DNA of 64,000 nt, from NCBI GenBank assembly GCA_949358305.1, contig OX442314.1:13268001-13332000 (forward strand). The letters run 5' to 3'. Source of the DNA: Strigamia acuminata. Taxonomy: Eukaryota. The notes below the pieces were generated by a model. It made no database searches. It saw only the letters and a program-made list of their open reading frames with translations, and was not told the origin of the DNA. A program made the position numbers and the translations under genes. Positions 1-17,100 of this stretch are shown piece after piece; the stretch's first letter is position 1, and every line of letters starts with the position of its first letter.

Positions 1-3000
1 GGAACTCGAACTGGCAGCATCAGTTTCAAGATCCGTACGAACGAGCCAAACGGATTACTCATGTATAACAGCGGCGCCACAACTGCAGGCGGCGATTTTT
101 TCGCTTTCGAGATGATGGACGGACATATTTATTTACTACTCAACTTGGGCTCAGGTGCAGTCAAAGTGAAGGCGAGCAATCGACGCGTGGACGACGGGCA
201 TTGGCATGCCATCACTTTGCGCCGTTCTGGTCAAACGGCAAGAGTCACGGTCGACGAATCTGCAGCCGATTTCGTCACGCCAGGCAATTTAAAAAAAAAA
301 TCTAAAAAATTTTATATATTTATAAAAAAATATTTTTTTTGCTAATTTGCATAGGGGAATCGAATCAGTTGGATTTGGAAGGCGCGCTTTTCGTCGGCGG
401 AGTGGGCACTAGTTTGGATGCGATTGTCGTGCCCGTTGAACTATGGACAGGAACTTTGCGTTATGGTTACGTGGGCTGCATGCGTGATCTGGTTGTGAAC
501 GGCAATGCTGTCGACATTGCCACGTATGCCAAGAAGCAGGACTCGGGAAGTATTCGGCCTGCGTGCCACACACTGCCACCGCAATGCGACAGTCAACCAT
601 GCATGAACGGGGGAGTTTGCTCCGAAGGCTGGAACCGCTTCATCTGCGATTGCTCGGCAACGGGTTTCGTGGGACCAACTTGTGGAAAAGGTATAAAAAA
701 AAAATTAATTCTCAGAAAAAAAACTCTTCCGAAATAAATGATGGACAAGAAAATTACGTGACAGTTGAAAGTGGTCGTACATCATTTTGACATATTGTCA
801 TTTCTGTCTGTCGCTTAAATGACGCTTTAATGGATTTTTTTGTGTGTAAAGAAACAAGTTGATTTTTGATGGAAATATTATAAAAGGCGGAGTTTAAATC
901 GTGCGAGAAGAAAGGGATTTATTCGAGCATCACAACCACTAATGGCACGGGAAACAGGACTCGAATGCGATTTGCTTCGTCGTGTCCATGTGACAATGGG
1001 CGAATTGTTATTTGCTCTTGGCATTGTTCTGCGTAAAATATGCGTCTACGCGTCTTAATCTCCGGACGTTCAGTTCAGTCCAGCGTTGGATTATCAGTTG
1101 GCCGCACAATAAAGATAAAATTGGCTCTGCATTCGTAATGGATTGAACATTGAACTCGCTCTCAAAAGGTTTAAATCATTTTATTACGCTCTTATCTCTT
1201 TATAGTGACCCAGCTACAATTAAACTACCGTAGGTAGAGTTACAATTTAATACACGAAAAATAGAATAAAACATTTTATTCGAGACAAATCCAAGAAAAC
1301 AAATCAAAACACTTTTCATAGACATGGTTTTATGTTGCGAAAGGATACAACTAATGAAGAATGGCGGATTAAAACGGGGAATAAAAAAAAATGTATGAAA
1401 AAGAGAGGTCTTAAAAGACGAGATAAGTTCTTTGCAGTTATTGATGGTGGAATTAATGAAAAAAAAATAGGTTTCCATTTGAGAAAGGGTGTATACCCAC
1501 TAAAGAAATATGCTAGGCAAGCGAAAGAGAAGGATAGACGGAGTGAAAAAGCTCTTTTGTTGTCGATTTAGGTTTTACAAAAGCAATTCACGTTTCGGTT
1601 GCACAAGAGACTCACTTAATGAGTATTGAGTTAGACAAGAGTCCTGCTCCCCCTCATTTGTCCCAGAAGAACGCACTTATTTTGTCGCCGGTATTAGGAA
1701 GAGGAGCACATTTCTGTGTATAAAAGGTCCTTTGCGGTGGACCTAACAGCTCTTGGAGTACTCTTGCACCGGCCATTCTCTTATCAACGAGAGGGAATAC
1801 CGTGTCTTGTCGGTTTGCTCTTGTAAAGAAATGTGTTTGGAATAAAAGCCACTGCAATTACAAATGTAATGCAATTTTTTTGTTTTTGTTAGAAGTGTAC
1901 AATGTATAAATATTTTTCAACGGATAAATTAATAATTACTGCGCTAATTTGGTAGATTAATTTAACTTAAGTTTCCCATAGGGCCAGGAAGCCAAATGAG
2001 TAGGTTTGCCAGCCTAATTAGTGGGATATTGTGTAAAGAGGAGGTGGCATTGACATCCACGTCCACATGTTTTGTCTCCCATCGCCTTTAATGCTAATTC
2101 GCTGTCTTAGGCTTCGCAAATTGAATTTTCGTCTGGATTTGTCAATTTTCTTTCATCAGTGCCTCCCTTCGATTTCTTTCCTAACAAAACAACCAAGACG
2201 CGATTTTTTTTTACAATTATATTTAGTTTGTTCATTCATAATGGAGATTATAAAATGATGTTTTGTTCTTATTTTTTAATAACTCCGCCTTTGGTTGTGC
2301 GCAGTGAGCCAAGCTGAAGGAACAAATCTCAACATTTGAATGCAGTCTTCATTTTAAATTGCAATTCGTGGAATAAGACTCGCTATTTGTTTTCATCTAG
2401 TGTGTCAAGACGAAAATGAGCTTGTATAGTACTCTCTAAAAGTAAAGTTTTCCTAAAGCTGATATTTATTCGGGTGTGAAAAATAAAAGAAAAGAGAAAA
2501 AAGTGTGTGAAAAAGTTGAGATTCAGATTGCAGCGAGGTGTAAATCTCTATTTCTTGTTATTTCCTCAATTTTCAGATGCAACGACGCTGAATTTCAACG
2601 GCGACCAATACCTTCGAGTATCTTTACCGGACGAATCACATACTCAAGCAGAAGACTTAGTACTGCGCTTTCGCACCACTCGTCCGAGTGGTCTTTTATT
2701 AGCTTCCACCACCGAAAAGACAACGGACCGCCTCGAAGTGGCCATGGAACTCGGGCGCATTAAATTGGCCATTCATCTTGGCGATAAGGAAAAAGTAGGT
2801 TGTGATTCTGAATTTGAAACGATTAAAGCAGAGGGGAATATTTCTTTTTCGTTTCTTATTACGTGTGCGGCTCGTAATTTTAATTTAAAGGAATAAAAGA
2901 AGAAAAAAAGGAATTTAAAAGTTTTGAATTCAAGTGCACCGTGTGAAAATTAATTGGAGAAACTCATTTCCGTTGCTAGCAAGGCGTTTTGCACTTTTCA

Positions 3001-6000
3001 TTTCATTTCCCCTTTACCTTTACCGCTCTCGCACTCTCTGAAATCATTACACGACGAAGGAGGGAACTGATACATCAGAAAATAATTTTCTCAGCCCCGT
3101 TTTTGCCGGTTGATGTGCAAGAAAAGAAATTTCTCACGCTAGAACAGTTTGAGTAAGCTGATAGTCTATTGTGAGCAGATTGAGGATGTCTTTATTAAGC
3201 TGGCAAAGGCAAAAGCTTTGTTTCAAGTGGATAGATAGATATATTCGTTTTATCTGAGCTCAAATTCGCTCCAAATCGCTTTATTACGCTTTTAAAAGAG
3301 ATATTTTGTTAATTTTACTTTCAAGATAATGCACGCAGGAAGTGGACTAAATGATAACCAATGGCACACACTACGCATGTCTCGCAGGGGCCGCAGCGTT
3401 GAACTCAAGGTGGATGATGAACCAGCTGTTTTAGGTAAATGACCTAAACCCTTCTCGATCTAACCTTTCCCTTTCTTTCCTTTCCTTTCCCCCTCGTTAG
3501 CTTCAATAAGGCCCGAAAGGATTCATCTTAATGTCTAGCCTAACACTACATAAACGAGTGCATTAAACTTAAAGAAAATTTACTTTGCAAAAGAAGCATC
3601 TGCAAATAATGGCAACTTCATGCTGCAATCTCTTGTCCTCATGTCACATAGGAAGAAACAAAGAAAGACAAATTAGATTTTGCTGGGATTTCATTTCTTA
3701 ATTGTAAATTATTTAACTTTTTCTTATTAAAAATTTTAATAAACATGTTTAGACAAGTGGGCAAGAGTGGCAAAGCACTGGTGTGCACTGTCCGCAAGGA
3801 AAGGGAACCATACCTGAGCCTTTTTAATTTAAATTTAAAATAAAGAAAAGAAAAGAAAAAAAAAAAATAGAAACAAAAAAATCCCTTCTAACCGACCGAA
3901 ATGTTTTTTTGTTTTGTTTTTTTTTAAATTCTGTTTTTTTGTTTTTGTTTTTTTTTTATCTGTGAAAGCGAAGCCTGCCATTTTTCTGATTGGCTCTTAT
4001 CTTTTCCCTTTTGCAGACGAAGTCTCAGGTAAGCACACAACCCTTGAGTTTCGGACAATGCACATTGGTGCTGTTAGCGGCCTTGGTCCCCCTGCCCCTC
4101 AACAGTCGACTGCCGGCGCCGGTGGCGGTGGCGGCCGTGAGACCCGTGAGAGCCCAAATTTTGTTGGTCACATGCAGCAGCTCGTCTTTAACGGAGACCG
4201 CTTCTTTGATACGGCTCGCACTGGGCAAGTGGCCAACATGGAGGTGACAGCAAAATTTGGGAAGAAGGAACTCGTTGTGCACCATCCAGTGACCTTCAAG
4301 TCCAAACACACTTTCGTGGGCCTGTCGCAACTGAAGGCGTACTCGACCATGAACTTGTACTTCCAGTTCAAGACGCTCGAGCCGAACGGGCTCATCTTGT
4401 ACAATGTGGGCAAAGGCCAGGATTTCGTGGCCATCGAATTAGTGAACGGACATCTCCATTACTTGTTCAATCTGGGTGATCGGGCGTGGCGCGTGCGTTC
4501 CAACACGCGCAACACGCTCAACGATAACCGGTGGCACGCGGTGACGATCGGTCGGCCGACCCCGCGCCAGCACACGCTCATGGTGGACGATATGATAGCC
4601 ACGGTGACGTCGGCGGGAAACAACATCCATTTGGATTTAGATGGGGTGTTGTACGTGGGCGGAGTGCCCAAGTCTATGTATTCCACTCTTCCGAAAATGG
4701 TGCAATCCAAACACGGATTCGAAGGATGTTTGGCATCTCTGGATCTGAACGGAGAAACACCCGATCCCACGCGGGATGCACTCATACCCAGCACGAGCGT
4801 TGTTGCCGGATGTGATGGTACACAAATCTACTTGAACCACTGAAAAATATTGAATGAATGAATGAATGCCCTCTGTCTTTCCTTCCCACCTTCTTTGCAG
4901 TGCGCTCAAACTTCGACAACTCCGACAATTTATCATTTCTTGTTCTCTATATCAATATCAATTGTTAAATTTCCTTTTCGTTTTTACAGTTTCTACACTT
5001 TATCGCCTTTAACTTTGAAACTTTCTTTAGATTTACTGTTTTTAATTCTGTCATTAAAAAAAGATTAATGATTAGGTAATTAATTCAAGTAAATTTAATT
5101 TTGCACAAAAGTCGACGGTATTTTTCTTTTTCTTTCTTTTCTTTTTCTTTTTTCTTTTTCTTTTTCTTAATTTTTTTTTCGTTTGGATACCGTTAATGTA
5201 AAGCTTTAGCCCGCTCTTGTTTTATATCATCGTTGAAAAATTTATTAAATTGTTTAACACGAGCAATTAGGCATGGTTTTTTACATTACTCTTTTTTTTC
5301 TTTTTCTTTTGATTTATGTTTTAATAGGACCAAGTACAAAATGCAGCCCGCATGCGTGTGCCAATAGAGGAGTTTGTATTCAACAGTGGAACAGTTACAC
5401 GTGCGATTGCGATATGACATCGTTCACGGGCCCTACCTGTTCTGATGGCAAGTTTTATTTTGCTTTTTTTCTTTCAAATTTCCATATTTTGTAAAATCTT
5501 TTATTTATTTATTTATTTGTATCTTTTAGAAAGTTCAGCGTACGAATTCGAGCCATCCCATGGTGTCATCACATTTACTTTCCCATTGGATAAGCGTCCC
5601 GACACCAAGGCCGATTTGTTGGCTTTGGGTTTTATCACCAACAGAGATAAGGCAACACTAGTGCGCATTGACAGCAGCAACACCAACGATTTTATGGAAC
5701 TAGGAATTGTACGATTTTTTTTGTACAATCAAGCTTGAAATATGAAACTGGAAAAAAAAAATATTTTATTTTTTAGGTAAATGGTAATATTATGATGATG
5801 TACAATATGGGTACTGAAGATCATCCAATTGGGGAAATGGCCACTAAAGTTAACGATGGCCAATATCATGTTATACGCTTTACTCGCTCCGGAGCTAACT
5901 CCACCTTTCAATTAGACGATTATAACGTGCAAATTAGACAACCAGGAGGTTAATCCTTTTTAATAATAATAATAAAAATTAAAATAAATATATAAATAAT

Positions 6001-7760
6001 AATATATATATATTTTTAAAAATGTTTTTGAAGGCAAGCAATTGATTGTGTTCAATAGTCAGTCACGAATCCAAATTGGTGGACGACTTAACTCCATAAA
6101 AAGGACGGTCGAACAGCCTTTCGAGGGAATTATCTCGGGGCTCGTATTCAACGGATTGCGCGTTTTGGATTTAGCTTCCGAGCGCGATCCTAGAATCACC
6201 ATTCAAGGCGATGTAACTCTGTTGTTATCCCTACCTTTGGCGGTCAGTGGGAGTATACGTCCCACGCGCCCGTCTGGGCGAATTCAAGGTGAGACGCAAA
6301 TCTCCCGGATGCAACAGGTAAGCAAACAAGAAACTAAAACCAATTGAAGACAATTAATTGAAACTCGATATAGACGACAGCCACAGGTAGCTCCGACACG
6401 GATGATATTGTTTTCTCCGGCTCCGGGTGTGGAGCCGACGACGACGAAGATTGTGCCACAACACTGGACACTGGTTCAGGTAATGCTGCAACCCACCTGC
6501 ATGTCCTATATGTTTAATTATGATCAAAATAATTGGAGTTCTAGTTTCAAGCATGAGACAAAAAGTAATGATAATGAATTTAATTTGAATTTTTAAAAAA
6601 AAAATTATGTAATGTTTTTGTCTCACAATTTTGTATGTATAGAGTGCTTGCACGATCCCTTCACTCACTCACTCACTTCACTCCACTTGACTTCACGTCA
6701 CTTGACTTCCCTTCACTCACGACCCCATCACTGTCTCGATTGGCTTGTTGAATTTAAAGGAAAGCAAAGGAAAGCAAAGTTTGAATAGAGATTCCCTTAG
6801 CAAAAACCTACACAACGTGATATGTAACACCACTCGTAATTGACTTGTGATTTGTGCCTTGCAGTAGCATGAGTTTAATTTCTTGATGGTATAACTTTAT
6901 ATTGGTATATTGGTATATTGGTATTGTATTTGTATTGTACTGTTCTGCTTTGTGTGGTCTTTGCTGCAGGCGATGATCTGATTACCCCGGTGTTCATTCC
7001 CACCACCACTCCAAAACCTCGAAAAACCACCACAACTCCCAGTCCAAGAAAACGACCCGCGGAGGGATCAGGCAAGCACTGTGAGGATGACGACGAGGAT
7101 TGCGAACAGGGCTCTGGCTCGGGCGAGCTGAGCGGAGTCCGTCCGAAAGTAACCCCCGACGACATATTCTTCCCTTCGACAGCTGTGGTGACCACGACGA
7201 CGACCACGACTCGAGCGTCGGTGAACGCGCACACGCCGACCCTGCAGAGGCCCACGCTGCCCCCCATCATCCATTTGCCCGAATCGGAACGCGAACCGAC
7301 CACGAGGGCTCCGCGAGGCAAGACGGGGGACTTTCTTCCGCCTTTTCCCACCACTTCACTGCCGCCCATCTTGTTAGCTACGACCGATCGGCCTATTGTT
7401 TTCGTCAACTACGACGATTCGCACGGCCGCCGCCCGAAGACCGAGTACGGCGGCTCGCCGGGGAGCAACGCGCAGAGCACCGCGCTCGTGATTGGCGTGA
7501 TCGCCGGCATTCTCATCGCCATCGTCCTCATCATTCTGCTCGTGTACAAATGCCGCGGCCGCTCCGAGGGATCGTATAAAATTGACGAAAGCAAAAACTA
7601 CCAGTTTGCGGCGTCGGGAGGCGTTGGCGTGCCCGGAAACAGCCTGATGCTGAACGGACAGAGGCCGCCGCAGATGAACGGCAATCTCAAGATGGGTGAA
7701 AAGGCCAATAAGTTACCCAAGAAGAAAGACCTCAAAGATATCAAAGAGTGGTACGTTTAA
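1..7760 (+). CDS. Nrx-1: Alpha-neurexin, 5'-truncated by the window (LNS/EGF repeats, stalk, TM, PDZ-binding tail); about 11 exons in window
   Basis: Spliced ORFs give LNS domains ([41 protein letters not shown]), EGF modules ([41 protein letters not shown]), [35 protein letters not shown] and C-terminal KEWYV. Confidence 0.95.
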
Positions 7761-9747
7761 CTCGGTGCAAATGAGCAAATCCCAACTTTTCACATCCTCC
7801 CGTTGACCAAGAGAGAGGGGCAATAATTGCAGCGCCTCTGACGAATGAAGATGACATTTACATTTTCTCAGAGCGTCTCTCCGTTGCGTCCATTCAACTG
7901 GCAACTAGCCTTTAACTTCTAATAACTAGTGCAATGAACCAACATCCCCACTTTGATTTACTTTTCTACGTGTTCCAACGTGAGGGAGGGAGGGAGGGAA
8001 GAATTATTATATCATTTACAATTCATTTATTAAAATAAATTTTAACAAAAAATATATATAAAAAAAAAAAAAATTTTAAAAAAAAAAACAACCAAAAAAG
8101 CTGAGTAAGTTCCTGAATTAGGTGTGCCAATTCTCATTTTGTACTGTCAAACTCGTATCATTTTCCGAACACCACCGCCACAACATTCCATCTTCGTTAG
8201 AAAGAGATAGAGAAAGAAAGAAACAAACAAAAGGGCTCCTTCTTATTTTCGATCTTTTTAATGCCCTGGAAACCAGATACTTCGACTTTTACTCGTTTTC
8301 ATTTTACAAACAGTTGTTCTTCCGAAGCCGTGTTTGTCTTCATTTTTTATTTTTCTTTCTTTCTTTCTTTCTTTATTTATTTAAATTGATTTTTGAAAAG
8401 AGGAATTGCTACAAAAGCAAGTGTGTCGAGTTCTTCTGTATCTCGTGTATGGTTTTCTAGCTTGTGTACCTTCACATGCCATAACAAAGAGAAAAAAGAA
8501 AAAACTTGAGAAAATTTTATGTCTCATGCCAAGATTATATGTCGTGTGTTGATTGATGAGTTGGACTAATTGCATAACCATTTATTTATTACTATAATTT
8601 TTTGTATAATAAAACACTGACAAAGTATTAAATTGTTTTTACAATGTAAATCAAGTGGAATGGATTTAAAATTGCTGAATCACAGAGGGGAGCTGAGCTG
8701 GTCTGATGTCAAATGTGTGATGCAAGATTTTGTTGGTGAAAGTGAAAGAATATATTAAATGTATAAATTCAAAGTTATTTGAAATTGAGAAAAGGAATTT
8801 AAAGCTATGACAATAAAGTTTATTCATAAAATTATTGCGATATTATATTTTCTATTTTATAGGCTTTTCCTCTCATGCTACTGGATTTTCACAAGTAAGA
8901 AACAATACAACTTTTAGCCCCATGTTAATTCCATTTTCAGTCTTTTGGAATATTTTTAGCTAGCAAGAAGTTACACGCCGTACCGAAAATAATATAAAAT
9001 ACCAAGACAAAGAAAATAACATCCAATTTAGATATTTTGGGTTGTGTTTTGGGTAAAATTTAAATTGGAAACTGTAAAAAATTATTCGATGTCACAATTT
9101 GCCAGACAATCAGTAGACACATTCATAAAGTCATGTTTAACCTAAAGTTAGGGAGACTGAACACATAAGCTACCAAACAATTTTGAAGTCATTATACATT
9201 TATTATTTATATTTATATTTTGTGGTAAAAATTAAAATGTTGAAGCTTAAGGTTTTACATTCTAAAGTTCCAAATGTTGGATGTTTAAAAACAAGACTAA
9301 ATAGACCGCCATTTTTAAAGTTAGATGAAGACGAGCAGTTCAAATGTGTTTCTTAAAATATTGCTTAGTCTAAATTACTTTATGAATATCCCTAGAATAG
9401 TCGCTTGAAGTTTCACGAACCGTGCTTTCGAGTTGAGTCGGCTTCACTGCATTGTTCCGAGGCTACTTGAGTGACTTCATTTGTTTGCACTTTTGAGCCG
9501 CCATATTTAGGTGCGATAGAACCATGACCAGCAGTGTAAAAATGGAGCCCCGCTGACCGGATCACATGTTGATAAATTTACTTTCGCGTCACTACTCAGC
9601 TGACAGCTTTAATGATCCGTATCGGGACTTCCCCTGCTGAGTTTACTGCGGTGTACGAGATAACCACTCAGCTGATATTAACCTTTTAAATTTTCCGTTG
9701 TCAGGTCTTGAATTTGCACCCTCGTTTCATACTTCAAAACTTTGGAC

Positions 9748-10596
9748 ATGAGTGCCCCAAGACGAACATTTCGTACCGAACATGGGCTCCAAAGCGAAAC
9801 GGGTGCGAGCAAATTGCCCAAAACAGCTGAAGAATTAGCTGCCGAATCAATGGCTGCATGTATGGATGAAATCGTATACTACGACCCGAAGGAAAGCAAA
9901 GAAACATTAGACGAGTGGCTTGAATCGTTTAAACCGTCTCAAATATTGAGGTAAATATTAAATATCTGTAATAATATTTTTCAGTCACAAAATAAGTAAC
10001 GATAAATTAATTTATTAATTTTATCCAGAGAGGATGGTGTCGGTTGGATCGTGGCAATGGGTAAGACTGACGATTATGAAGACTCGCGAGATGTCATCAA
10101 TCTACAAAAAGCGTGGAAAGATTTGGTAGAGTCAAAAGCGCCCATTACGTACGACATCATAAAGAAACTTGCTATCAGTTATAATGTAACCACCGGTAAG
10201 TGGCTATTACACGTGCCTACCGGAGCGAAGGTCGATTTTTTGTGGCGAATAATTGCAACCAGCATTGTAAAGAATAACCTGGACGGCTATTCTTTTTCCG
10301 CTAAAGTCAGTCCGTACAATCCAGAAGAACCAAATCACGTCATCTGTGTGTACAATCACAATTACACCAACGACCAAGAGGTGTTTTTGCTCGAAAAAGC
10401 CATCAGGGTTGCCGGTGTGAAGCGCTTGCTTCACTATAAGCCTGATGTGTTCACTAACTGCGGGATTTACCGTAGGAATAAGTGGGAGTTGCGCCCAACC
10501 ATTTACAGAAGCGAATATAATTTACAGAATAAGCAATCTGAGATTTTTTCGCACGATGATGTCCTTGTTCACACGAATGAATTAAGTCAGGATTGA
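9748..10596 (+). CDS. C11orf68: UPF0696/C11orf68 (DUF1917) homolog, 2 exons (9748-9950, 10029-10596)
   Basis: Motifs GKWLLH, SAKVSP, HVICVY and YKPDVFT..GIYRRNKWELRPTIY are typical of this family; GT-AG intron joins the two ORFs. Confidence 0.85.
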
Positions 10597-10752
10597 AATA
10601 AAAGACAAATTTGTTATTTTTCTTTCTCGAAATTTACAATAAACATCTTGTAAGTAAATTGTTTGTATATAATTCATTATGTTTATCTCTGCTTCTGAGT
10701 ATTTTACAATTTCATACTTTTAAATATAATCCGAATTGGTTCGGATTAGACA

Positions 10753-12855
<2,103 letters not shown>

Positions 12856-14107
12856 CTTCTTTTCTACTAACAACAATACGGCTCCGCATAGCGTTCAACC
12901 TATGACTGCTTTATATTTTCTGACTCATTATCATGATATCATCCATCACATGATATACGACCACAAGACCAATAGATAGAAAATTTTTTAATGTTTCAAT
13001 TTCACACATACAATAAAAGCGATGTTCATATACAACCCACCAGAGTACACGAGGAAAATCTGTAGCAAATTTTTGCATGACCAATTTGTTTTTTGTTTTT
13101 TGTTTTCTTTTATAATATTTACATAAACTAAATTACTTGTCCGAACTAATTATTCCATGCCCAGCATGAAAAAATATATATACTGGTATTTCAATTGCTA
13201 CAAATTCTTGATAAGATATTTTTTTTTCTCTTACATGTCAAAACAAATAAAAATAAAAATTCATTTCATTAACGTGGTGGTAGAAAGGAACGAACCAAAA
13301 ACAAAAACAGAAAATGTTTGTGTAATATATATTATTTGAAACTAACTTTTTTTTTTAATATATATATTTATATATATTTTAAAACACTTATTATTAGGGC
13401 CTACATAAATTATTTTTAGTGCCCTTTTTGGGTTTCAAAGTGTGAGCATTGATTTTAAATTAAGATATCAGGCACCTAGAAACATTTAAATGTATTAACT
13501 CCACACTGGTTAAAGTGAAACATCATTAATAAGGCCCCCACTCACTTTCACTAAATTACATGATTTTATTTTATTAAATTTGATTTAATGTTTTACTCAA
13601 ACACGTAGTGTAATCAATTAGTTAATCCTAAATTAATTTTACTTTGAATAAAGTAAGAAGTGCAAAAAAAAGAAGAAAAACAAAAGAAAAACTGAGAATA
13701 AAATAACACGAAACATATTTTTTTCTTTCTTTTTTCAATATAAACTAATTGTAATAATTTGGTTTAAAATAAAAAATTATATATACCGGTATTCGATAAA
13801 TTAATATTTTTTTTTTCATTGATAAAGCATTTCTCGGGGTCTCCTTAGACCCAAGTTACTAGTAAAAACTCATTATTGAAATCAACATTCACATGAAATC
13901 GCCCCTTTTTCATTTCGGACAAATTATTATTACATACAAATCAAAGGCAAAAATTCTTGCAAGCGAAAACTTAGCGAAATAGTTTTGTACAATGAATAAT
14001 GTGATGAAAAGTTAGCAGTTTTATCATGTGCAAGACTAATACATCAACATGAACGAATCTCAACAAATCTTTGTAAATTTAAACGTTAGCAGACAATTTC
14101 CTCCATT

Positions 14108-17100
14108 TTAATTCAAATGAAATCCCTTTTCACGAGTGGCTGCTAAAAGTCTTTCTCGCATTATGTCTTCGCTCGAATAATCGGGTAACTTTAAATAATG
14201 GACGCAAGTGTTGACTGAAGGATAGCTACCGTCCGTAGCGTCCACTTTACGAACTATAGTCAATCTTGGGTATAGATTAACCAAACCTCCCGGCGGAAGC
14301 GAAGAGCATCCAGTTGTAAACTGCAAAAACGCCTTGCGTTCGTCAGCGTTCATATTCACAAGCACATTAACAAATCGTTGAAATCCGGGGCTAAAATAAC
14401 AATTTTCATTTTAATTTATTTAATTCCATAAACAAACAAAAAAAAATTACCTTTCACGAGTATAACCAAGTTTAGGCTCGGTGTAATTCAAAATGTCTTC
14501 CCTGCTCCAAGATGGCGATTGATCCCCACTTAACATTAAACGACCTTCTTCCGGACTGAACGACCCCAACTTTTCCATCGGAAAAACTTCATTAAAACCA
14601 GCTATTTTAAAAATTAAAATGTATTCAATTAAATATACACGTTAAACACTTTAAATTTTTAATTTTAACCTCTAAACGCTTCCATTTGAATGCGAATTCC
14701 TTTATGTAGACAGAAATCGTAGACGAGTTCTAAATATTCTTCCAGGTTGTATATATTCACTTCCTGTAACAAAACATCAATGCATTAAACCGCACAATTT
14801 AAAACAATCTGTTTAATAATTTACTTCCTGCTCTCCATCGGCTTTCAAATCGACTGCAGTAAATCCGTATACACGAGATGAAGGTAAATATTGAAATGTT
14901 AATCTACAATCAAATCAAATTAAATTAAAATAATCAAATCCTTCATTAAATTAATAAATACCCTAAATCTTCTAGTTTCACTGGAACACCGTGCGGGCCA
15001 TCTGGACTTCTGAGAGCTAAATTTTGAATTTGATTAGCTTTATCTTCTTCCGAAAGTGCATTGTCAGCGGAGATTCGTAGTTTCTGTGCCGCTAGAATAT
15101 TTAACTGTTTGAGGAATTTTGCGCGGTGCGGGTCAATCATGAATAAGTCTTCGTCGTCCAGAATACCGTGATACCTTAAAAGAATAAAGAAAAACCCAAA
15201 TAAATACATCAACAAACGAAATAAGTCAATTTTTCACTCGTACCAAGCTGGAATGTCATCTGATCTTAGCTTGGGTGGATCCAACTCGAGTTCTTTCTCA
15301 CTCTCCTCAGAAATGAACGAAGAAATCATCACATCGTCCGATGTTGGTGGGCAATGACTTCCACGGAAACTGTTGTAACTATTCCGCATCGGAGTTCTAC
15401 GCAAATAAATTAATTATAAATAAAAAATAAAATAAAAAAAGATTATATTCCAACTCACCTCTGTCTCACGTAGCAACTCACTTCGCCCAGACACATTAAT
15501 TTGAGCAGCGGCCTGGACAGAGGTAAGTCCACTAATCTGTTGTCTTGTAAAGTTTTAGCCAAAAACGCTCCCAAAAACCAAAAAAGCTTTTCTACTCTAT
15601 TAATGGATGAAGATTCTTGACATAAAGGAGCGGGGAATAAACCGCCAGGCCTCATTATATAATATCCAGGTGGTTTCACACCTTCACCAAGATCAACCTA
15701 AATTACAAAAGAAAGATTAATAATTAAATTCAAATTTTTCCACAATTCTATCCAAATATTCACTTCTCGGTCGTGCTGATCGACTAGTTCATCCTCACAG
15801 AGCCACATTCCCAAATCTTTGCGTTGCAACTCCGCAGCTACTAATGCATAAAATTCTAAAGTTGGTCCCAAACCCGTGCCTTCTTCGTCTTGAAATTCAA
15901 CCTATGTTTTCATAACAAACTCGTTTTAATTCAATAAATTTAGTTTTAAATGTCAAACCATACTTCTAAAATGCTCTTCTTGTTTGCATGTATTTTCATA
16001 ACTTGTATTGCCCAATCTAATAATTTGCTACCTCGAGGAACCTTCACCCGGTCGTGTTTGAGACGACCCACTCTGTACTCGTGGGGATCATCGCGCCTCG
16101 GCGATGGACCTCGAGTTCTTTCTACCGTAGCATCTCTCTGATTTTGTAGCCACACTATTGACCTGCAATAACATCAAACAATTATACGATTAAATACGAA
16201 AAAAAATATTTAATCATCGCACAAACGCACCTAGACGTTCCAAAAGCTGTACAAGTGAAGTATAATTGTCGAGTTTCAAAAGGAAATAACATTGGGCAAG
16301 AATATGTAAAATCTTCGCACCAATCTGGTAAAGCATTGCAAGATAACACCAGAGGATCCTAAACCAAAAGAAAAGAAAGTTTAATACAACTAACACACAA
16401 CTAATTCAACATTAAATTATTACTTGAACTTGTTGGACTAGTTTATTGGTTATTTTTTTACTAACAAATTCTTCCATTGGGACTTTAAAAGTGCGCTCGT
16501 CTTCTGTAACAACAAATAAACAATTACTATAAACGTAAATCGTTAAACTTCTCGTCTAACCAACCTTGATAGCTCTCCTTTAACTTATTTTCGTTAGCTA
16601 ACACATACAGAACCCTAAGAAGTTGTAACACTTCATCTACTGTACACGAAAGAGGATCGGTGGTTAAAATTGCCGGTGTGCCATCATTGCGAGAATCTCT
16701 GCGCGAAGACGACTGACTCATAGATTGATACGTTCCCTCCTAAAATACAAATTAAATTCACTATTTAACTACAAAAATTGAATTTTATAACATACTTCTG
16801 ATTTTCCTTCTTCTTCTTCTTTCACCTCCTTATATATAATGCTAAAAAATATAAAAAATAATAAAAAATAATCAAATATTGCAGTAACACTCTTCTCTCT
16901 CAATTCCTTACGTGTAAGTGGGTTCCCATACTCGACGAAGTTTATCTTGCCGACTGCCCGCTTGTGAGCTCTGCATTAACTGCTGCACAGCACGAAATAT
17001 AGTCCAATTTGGGTCTTTCAACTCAATTTCCAAATCTGACATTTGCTGAAAATACAATTCCAATATAAATCTCGATCAAATCGAGACAAATTCAAGATCC

